From the NCBI RefSeq assembly GCF_000009605.1, contig NC_002253.1, positions 1-7,786 of the forward strand: a stretch of 7,786 nucleotides of DNA. Reading direction: 5' to 3'. Position 1 is the stretch's first letter, and the number at the start of each line of letters is the position of its first letter. The stretch is from Buchnera aphidicola str. APS (Acyrthosiphon pisum). GTDB lineage: Bacteria > Pseudomonadota > Gammaproteobacteria > Enterobacterales > Enterobacteriaceae. Of the stretch, positions 1 to 4,651 are shown piece after piece. Under the pieces are notes generated by a model that was given only the letters and a program-made list of their open reading frames with translations, did not search any database and had not been told where the DNA came from. A program made the translations under genes and the position numbers.

Positions 1-22
1 ATGTAATTATTTTTTTAAAAAA

Positions 23-65
23 ATAGCGAAGTTTTTAGAAATAAAAAACTTCGCTATTTTTTTTT
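23..65 (+). terminator. Rho-independent terminator hairpin, probably ending the leu operon across the circular junction; symmetric A/T flanks give it a bidirectional shape
   Basis: Perfect 14-bp stem ATAGCGAAGTTTTT (23-36) pairs with AAAAACTTCGCTAT (44-57), with 4 G:C pairs and a 7-nt loop (37-43). A T-run extends to 65 and an A-run (17-22) precedes the stem. It lies 22 nt after the leuD stop if base 7786 is joined to base 1. Confidence 0.75.
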
Positions 66-75
66 AATTTAACAA

Positions 76-181
76 GTATGTTTTTATTTATTTTTTTATA
101 TAAGTTTTAAGAATGTTATTTTGCATTTATTTATATAAGAAGCATTTATTAAAAAAAACAGTATGCATTTATTTATTTTTT
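76..181 (+). repeat. Family of four direct repeats (core TGCATTTATTTAT), iteron-like
   Basis: TGCATTTATTTAT is identical at 122-134 and 164-176, 42 bp apart. A partial copy GCATTTATT lies at 142-150. The 21-mer GTATGCATTTATTTATTTTTT (161-181) matches GTATGTTTTTATTTATTTTTT (76-96) at 19/21, offset 85 bp. Confidence 0.6.
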
Positions 182-228
182 CAATAAAAAAATGTGATTC
201 TAATGTTTTTTTTTATTGAAAAAATAAA
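172..228. repeat. Perfect inverted repeat with 21-bp arms and a 15-nt spacer
   Basis: Arm 172-192 (TTTATTTTTTCAATAAAAAAA) is the exact reverse complement of 208-228, with pairing i + j = 400. There is only one G:C pair, so the element is very easily melted. Confidence 0.7.
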
Positions 229-245
229 ATAAGATGTTTTATGAT

Positions 246-261
246 AAAAAAAAAGGGGGGG
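246..261 (+). repeat. Abutting homopolymers A9 and G7 (polypurine tract)
   Basis: A at 246-254 and G at 255-261, inside an otherwise almost G/C-free intergenic region. I found no start codon at a suitable distance downstream, so this does not look like a Shine-Dalgarno site. Confidence 0.9.
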
Positions 262-289
262 AGATAATTTTACAGTGGATTTAAGAAAC

Positions 290-312
290 AAAAAATATGC
301 GAATAAACGCAT
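290..312 (-). terminator. Weak candidate intrinsic terminator for repA1
   Basis: The minus-strand transcript reads ATGCG-TTTATT-CGCAT (5-bp stem, 3 G:C pairs, 6-nt loop; plus coordinates 297-312), followed by ATTTTTTG (plus 289-296). It lies about 34 nt past the repA1 stop. The stem is short. Confidence 0.35.
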
Positions 313-345
313 GCCTTTAAGAAAGAATAAATTTAAATAAAAATT

Positions 346-1197
346 TTAATTATCAGGATAAGTGTTTGTAGCTATCTTGCGTAAATAATAATAGCTTATA
401 TTAACTTGTTTCTTTAATCCATTAGGCCCTAATTTAGTTAATTCAGTAATAGAGTATTTGGCTACTAACGCTCGAAGAATAGTTTGTCTGGCTTCTTTCT
501 CATCTAATGAAATCAAGCGTTGTGCATTTCTCTTTTTTTTATAAAAAGCATGCTTAGAAATTCTATATTGAAAAATATTTTTAATTTGAGTATCTTTAGA
601 ACGTCTTTTAGCATCAATCATGGTTATTGGTTTAAAACCTTTACTAATGAGATTTTTATTGATCCACCCTAATTGTTGTTTCTTAGCATCCATTAATTTT
701 TTTTCAGAAACACCAAAGAGCATAAAAAACAATGGGGTTAATGTGATCATTTTGGGCATATAATTGCCTAATATTTTATCCCATGTTTTTTTGCAAGTAA
801 CAAAACCCATAGGTTCCATAAAATTAGTAATTAATCTAGAAGCACGAGTAATAGATTTATTACCTGCTTTAGACAAGGTAGACAAACCACATTCATCAGA
901 TAATTGTTCAACTGATGCTTGAACCAAATCAGAAGAAATATTAAAATGGTAAAGCATAGCTAAAACCATGGCTCTCATAGCACATGCTCGGTGTTCATTT
1001 AATCTTCTAAATCTTTTTACGGGAAAACCAATTTTAATATTTTTGATCTGTAAAATATAATTTAGTTCGCATCGAGCTACATCTATTTCTGATGCTCTTT
1101 TCATTGCATAACAAATAAAAGATGGCCTACGTTTATTATTTTTAGGTGGTGTAAAAAATGGATTGGGATTATTTATATAGCATTTTCTTATTATCAT
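346..1197 (-). CDS. repA1: IncFII-family plasmid replication initiator RepA (copy 1), 283 aa from the ATG at 1197
   Basis: The N-terminal NPNPFFTP motif and the central ECGLST...[10 protein letters not shown] motif match R1/R100 RepA (KNPNPVFTP; ECGL...KLSITRATR). The track ORF begins at a TTG at 1245. Alignment with the repA2 product begins around the ATG at 1197 ([15 protein letters not shown] versus PRKNYIYNLKPFF), so ATG 1197 is preferred. Confidence 0.9.
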   Translation of the reverse strand: MIIRKCYINNPNPFFTPPKNNKRRPSFICYAMKRASEIDVARCELNYILQIKNIKIGFPVKRFRRLNEHRACAMRAMVLAMLYHFNISSDLVQASVEQLSDECGLSTLSKAGNKSITRASRLITNFMEPMGFVTCKKTWDKILGNYMPKMITLTPLFFMLFGVSEKKLMDAKKQQLGWINKNLISKGFKPITMIDAKRRSKDTQIKNIFQYRISKHAFYKKKRNAQRLISLDEKEARQTILRALVAKYSITELTKLGPNGLKKQVNISYYYLRKIATNTYPDN

Positions 1198-1229
1198 AAC
1201 ATGATACTTAAAATAGTAAGTGGGTTCAT
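1194..1229 (-). CDS. Hypothetical 11-aa leader ORF ([11 protein letters not shown]) overlapping the repA1 start; tap-like candidate
   Basis: ATG at 1229-1227 and TGA at 1196-1194 on the minus strand. The stop shares TG with the repA1 ATG (ATGA overlap). No obvious Shine-Dalgarno sequence. Short ORFs are common by chance in AT-rich DNA. Confidence 0.25.
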   Translation of the reverse strand: MNPLTILSIML

Positions 1230-1230
1230 T

Positions 1231-1255
1231 TTTTATATATTTCAAATATATAAAA
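1231..1255. repeat. 25-bp perfect palindrome (12-bp arms, centre C1243) in the repA1 leader / divergent promoter region
   Basis: TTTTATATATTT-C-AAATATATAAAA, with all pairs A:T. It lies immediately upstream of the candidate leader ORF and 34-58 nt upstream of the repA1 ATG. Confidence 0.5.
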
Positions 1256-1513
1256 TTTTATTTTTATTCTTTCAATAATTAAATTTTTTTATATTTAAGA
1301 ATATATACTTTACTTTTATTTTTTTTTATGAATAAATATAATTTATAAAAAATAAATATATTTTTAACATACATTTTGATTATTTTCAACGATAACTTAC
1401 TAAAACTTAAAAGTTTTATCTTAACTTTCTTAAATTAAATAAAATATATTTATAAATTCAATCTATATCAAAAACAATATTTTTTATTAACAATTACTAT
1501 TCAGGTTAAAAAA

Positions 1514-2017
1514 ATGGAAAAAATTATTGAAAAAAGTATATATGCCTCTCGTTGGTTAATGTTTCCTGTATATGTAGGTTTATCGTTTGGTTTTATTTTA
1601 TTAACATTGAAATTTTTCCAACAAATTGTATTTATCATGCCAGATATTGTGGCTATGTCAGAATCAGGTTTAGTGTTAGTTGTTTTGTCATTAATTGATA
1701 TTGCATTAGTAGGTGGTCTATTAGTTATGGTTATGTTTTCTGGATATGAAAATTTTATTTCTAAAATGGATATACAAGATAATCAGAAAAGATTAGGGTG
1801 GATGGGAACAATGGATGTTAATTCAATAAAAAACAAAGTAGCATCTTCAATAGTTGCTATATCTTCTGTTCATCTTTTACGTCTTTTTATGGAAGCAGAA
1901 AAAATATTAGATGATAAAATTATGTTATGTGTTATTATTCATTTAACTTTTGTATTATCGGCTTTTGGAATGGCATATATTGATAAAATGAGCAAAAAAA
2001 AACATATCCTTCATTAG
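1514..2017 (+). CDS. yqhA: UPF0114 family inner-membrane protein YqhA (the ORF1 of Buchnera leucine plasmids), 167 aa
   Basis: Collinear with E. coli YqhA over the full length: [34 protein letters not shown](S/A)SIVAISS(V/I)HLLR.F and [12 protein letters not shown]. Four hydrophobic segments. AGG at 1503-1505 lies 8 nt before the ATG. Confidence 0.93.
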
Positions 2018-2131
2018 TTTTTGTTTAAAAAAAATTTATTTTTTTTTAAAAAAACTAATATAAAAGTATATTGTTCAATATATGATTTATCAAAAACTCT
2101 TCTTTTAAAAAAATATTTTACTTTTAATTAA

Positions 2132-2893
2132 GTGTATTTAGTGCCTAGAAAAAATTATATATATAATCTAAAACCATTTTTTAATCCATCTAAAAATGAA
2201 AGAAAAAAATCTACATTTATTTGTTATGCAATGAAAAAAGTATCAGAAATAGACGTTGCTAGAAGTCATTTAAATCGTGCATTATTACCAATAGATCCTA
2301 AAACTGGTAATGTTTTGCCTCGATTCAGACGATTAAATAAACATCGAGCATGTGCTATGAGAGCTATAGTACCTGCTATGTTGTATTATTTTAATATTAA
2401 TTCTAAATTAGTCGAAGCTTCTATTGAAAAATTAGCAGATGAATGTGGATTATCTACTTTATCAGATTCTGGTAATAAATCCATCACTCGCGCTTCTCGT
2501 TTAATAAGTGAGTTTTTGGAACCAATGGGTTTTGTTAAATGTAAAAAAATAAATAGTAAATCAATGAGTAATTATATACCTAAAAAAATTTTTTTAACTC
2601 CCATGTTTTTTATGTTATGTGGTATTTCACCATCAGAAATAAATCATTTTTTATCAAAAAAAATAAAACCATTAAAAAAATTAAAAAAACAAGAAAAAAG
2701 TGCATTTATTTCTTTTACAGATATGAAGATTATATCGCAATTAGATGAAAGATCAGCTAGAACAAAAATTTTAAATGCTTTAATTAATTATTACACGGCT
2801 AGTGAATTAACAAAAATAGGTCCGAAGGGTTTAAAAAAAAAGATAGATATTGAATATAGTAATTTATGTAATTTATATAAAAAAAAATCATAA
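2132..2893 (+). CDS. repA2: IncFII-family plasmid replication initiator RepA (copy 2), about 253 aa, non-ATG (GTG) start
   Basis: Paralog of repA1: [28 protein letters not shown] and [21 protein letters not shown] are shared. Homology to RepA1 extends about 30 codons upstream of the first in-frame ATG (2230), so a GTG at 2132 or 2141 must serve as the start. The exact start is uncertain. Confidence 0.85.
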   Translation: MYLVPRKNYIYNLKPFFNPSKNERKKSTFICYAMKKVSEIDVARSHLNRALLPIDPKTGNVLPRFRRLNKHRACAMRAIVPAMLYYFNINSKLVEASIEKLADECGLSTLSDSGNKSITRASRLISEFLEPMGFVKCKKINSKSMSNYIPKKIFLTPMFFMLCGISPSEINHFLSKKIKPLKKLKKQEKSAFISFTDMKIISQLDERSARTKILNALINYYTASELTKIGPKGLKKKIDIEYSNLCNLYKKKS

Positions 2894-2988
2894 AATAAAT
2901 TTATACAATAAAAATTTCATAAGACATCATATACAAAATTATTTTGTATATGATGTCTTATGAAATTTTTATTGTATAAATTTATTTT
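2892..2988. repeat. Perfect 97-bp palindrome (48-bp arms, single central base 2940); candidate bidirectional terminator or cruciform element
   Basis: Arm 2892-2939 (AAAATAAATTTATACAATAAAAATTTCATAAGACATCATATACAAAAT) is the exact reverse complement of 2941-2988, with pairing i + j = 5880 and no mismatches. The left arm starts at the second base of the repA2 TAA (2891-2893). The right arm ends 43 nt before the leuA ATG. Confidence 0.95.
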
Positions 2989-3031
2989 TATCCAATAAAA
3001 CATTCCATTACCTTAATTTGGAAAAATTTTT

Positions 3032-4591
3032 ATGAAATCTAAAGTTGTTATTTTTGATACCACGCTACGCGATGGAGAACAAGCATTACAAGCAAGTCTT
3101 AGTGTTAAAGAAAAGTTACAAATTGCACTATCTTTAGAAAAATGTGGGATAGACATTTTAGAAATAGGATTTCCTGTTTCATCACCCGGAGATTTTAAAT
3201 CAGTTCAAACTATATCTAAAAATATTAAAAATAGTCGAATATGTAGTTTAGCTCGTTGTATAGAAAAAGACATCGATGCAGCCGGAGAAGCTATGTCTTC
3301 ATCTGATTCTTTTCGAATTCATATTTTTTTAGCTACTTCAACACTTCATATGGAATCTAAATTAAAGAAAAATTTTAACGAAATAATAGATATGGCTGTT
3401 TTTTCAGTAAAAAAAGCTTTACGTTATACTGATGATATTGAATTTTCTTGTGAAGATGCTACTAGAACTACAATGGATAATTTATGTCGTATTGTAGAAA
3501 CATTAATTAAATCAGGTGTGAAAACAATTAATATCCCCGATACAGTAGGATATACTGTACCCAACGAATTATCTTGTATAATAAAAAATTTGTTTGAAAG
3601 AGTACCTAACATTCATAAATCTATAATTTCAGTTCATTGTCATGACGATTTAGGCATGGCTGTGGGAAATTCAATATCAGCTATACAGGCAGGTGCTAGA
3701 CAAATAGAAGGGACTATAAACGGAATTGGCGAAAGAGCTGGTAATACAGCATTAGAAGAAATAATTATGGCTATAAAAGTAAGAGAAGATATCTTAAGTG
3801 TTTCCACTAATATTAATTATAAAGAAATTTATCGAACTAGTAAAATTGTTAGTCAGATTTGTAATATGCCAATTCCATCTAATAAAGCTATAGTAGGTAG
3901 TAATGCGTTTGCACATTCTTCAGGTATCCACCAAGATGGTGTATTAAAAAATAGAAAAAATTATGAAATTATGGAACCAAGTAGTATTGGTTTAAAAGAA
4001 GTAAAACTTAACTTAACCTCTCGTTCTGGAAGAGCAGCAGTAAAACATTATATGGATGAAATGGGTTATAATAATAGTGATTATAATATAGATGAACTTT
4101 ATACTGCTTTTTTAAAGTTAGCAGATAAAAAAGGTCAGGTTTTTGACTATGATTTAGAAGCATTAGCTTTTATTAATAAACAACAAGATGAATGGGAATA
4201 CTTTTCTTTGAAATTTTTCAGTGTGCAGTCTATTTCTAATAGTTTATCTACTGCATCAGTAAAATTATTATGTGGCAAAAAAACATACACAGAATCTTCT
4301 ACTACAAGCAATGGACCAGTTGATGCTATTTACCAAGCATTAAATAGAATTGCATGTTTTCCTATTATATTACAAAAATTTCAACTTGTAGCTAAGGGGA
4401 AGGGTAAAGATGCGTTAGGTCAAGTAGATATCTTAGTTGAACATAAAAAAAGGAAGTTTCATGGAGTGGGTTTGGCTACTGATATTATTGAAGCATCAGC
4501 TCAAGCAATGATCAATGTACTAAATAACATATGGAAAGCAAAACAAGTTAACAAAAAATTAAAAATTTTAAAAGATTTTAAAAAAAAATAA
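3032..4591 (+). CDS. leuA: 2-isopropylmalate synthase, 519 aa
   Basis: Near-collinear with E. coli LeuA: [69 protein letters not shown]. The C-terminal regulatory/dimerisation domain is retained ([24 protein letters not shown]). Confidence 0.98.
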   Translation: MKSKVVIFDTTLRDGEQALQASLSVKEKLQIALSLEKCGIDILEIGFPVSSPGDFKSVQTISKNIKNSRICSLARCIEKDIDAAGEAMSSSDSFRIHIFLATSTLHMESKLKKNFNEIIDMAVFSVKKALRYTDDIEFSCEDATRTTMDNLCRIVETLIKSGVKTINIPDTVGYTVPNELSCIIKNLFERVPNIHKSIISVHCHDDLGMAVGNSISAIQAGARQIEGTINGIGERAGNTALEEIIMAIKVREDILSVSTNINYKEIYRTSKIVSQICNMPIPSNKAIVGSNAFAHSSGIHQDGVLKNRKNYEIMEPSSIGLKEVKLNLTSRSGRAAVKHYMDEMGYNNSDYNIDELYTAFLKLADKKGQVFDYDLEALAFINKQQDEWEYFSLKFFSVQSISNSLSTASVKLLCGKKTYTESSTTSNGPVDAIYQALNRIACFPIILQKFQLVAKGKGKDALGQVDILVEHKKRKFHGVGLATDIIEASAQAMINVLNNIWKAKQVNKKLKILKDFKKK

Positions 4592-4651
4592 TACATCTAG
4601 ATATAGAAATATAATATTTTTTGTTGATTTTTATTAAAGAGAAAAATTTTT

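Larger units (their letters stand above)
66..345. other. Candidate replication origin region (oriR-like), non-coding and AT-rich, immediately downstream of repA1
   Basis: About 280 bp with no credible ORF, lying between the convergent 3-prime ends of leuD and repA1. It contains direct repeats (76-181), a 21-bp-arm inverted repeat (172-228), an A9G7 tract (246-261) and a weak DnaA-box-like AAATCCACT (minus strand of 274-282, 6/9 to TTATCCACA). In IncFII replicons the origin lies just downstream of the cis-acting repA gene. The assignment is by position and repeat content only. Confidence 0.4.

Noticed and set aside
274-282. DnaA box (minus strand AAATCCACT)
   Set aside because: It matches the TTATCCACA consensus at only 6/9 positions, although the ATCCAC core is intact. 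That is not enough to call a DnaA box on its own. It is mentioned only as weak supporting context for the origin candidate.
1198-1245. TTG start at 1245 giving a 299-aa RepA1
   Set aside because: The 16 extra residues have no counterpart in RepA2 or IncFII RepA. Homology begins around the ATG at 1197, and the extension would bury the candidate leader ORF. It is kept only as an alternative.
2014-2058. Hairpin after yqhA (TTAGTTTTT at 2014-2022 pairing with AAAAACTAA at 2050-2058) as a terminator
   Set aside because: The stem is 9 bp with a single G:C pair and a 27-nt A/T loop, so predicted stability is very low. yqhA and repA2 may well be co-transcribed.
2950-2998. Short ORFs in the repA2-leuA spacer (MMSYEIFIV at 2950-2979; MKFLLYKFIFIQ at 2960-2998) as a leu leader peptide
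   Set aside because: There are at most two adjacent Leu codons, which is expected by composition. No downstream alternative hairpins or terminator lie before leuA. The ORFs are by-products of the palindrome sequence.
3424-3612. 62-aa minus-strand ORF from the track
   Set aside because: It lies entirely inside leuA on the opposite strand, has a low-complexity Ile/Leu/Ser/Val-rich composition and no recognisable motif. This is a typical antisense artefact of a strongly conserved gene.
4610-4615. Perfect TATAAT hexamer in the leuA-leuB spacer as an internal promoter
   Set aside because: TATAAT-like hexamers occur by chance throughout this composition. No convincing -35 lies at 16-18 bp, so it cannot be distinguished from background without transcript mapping.
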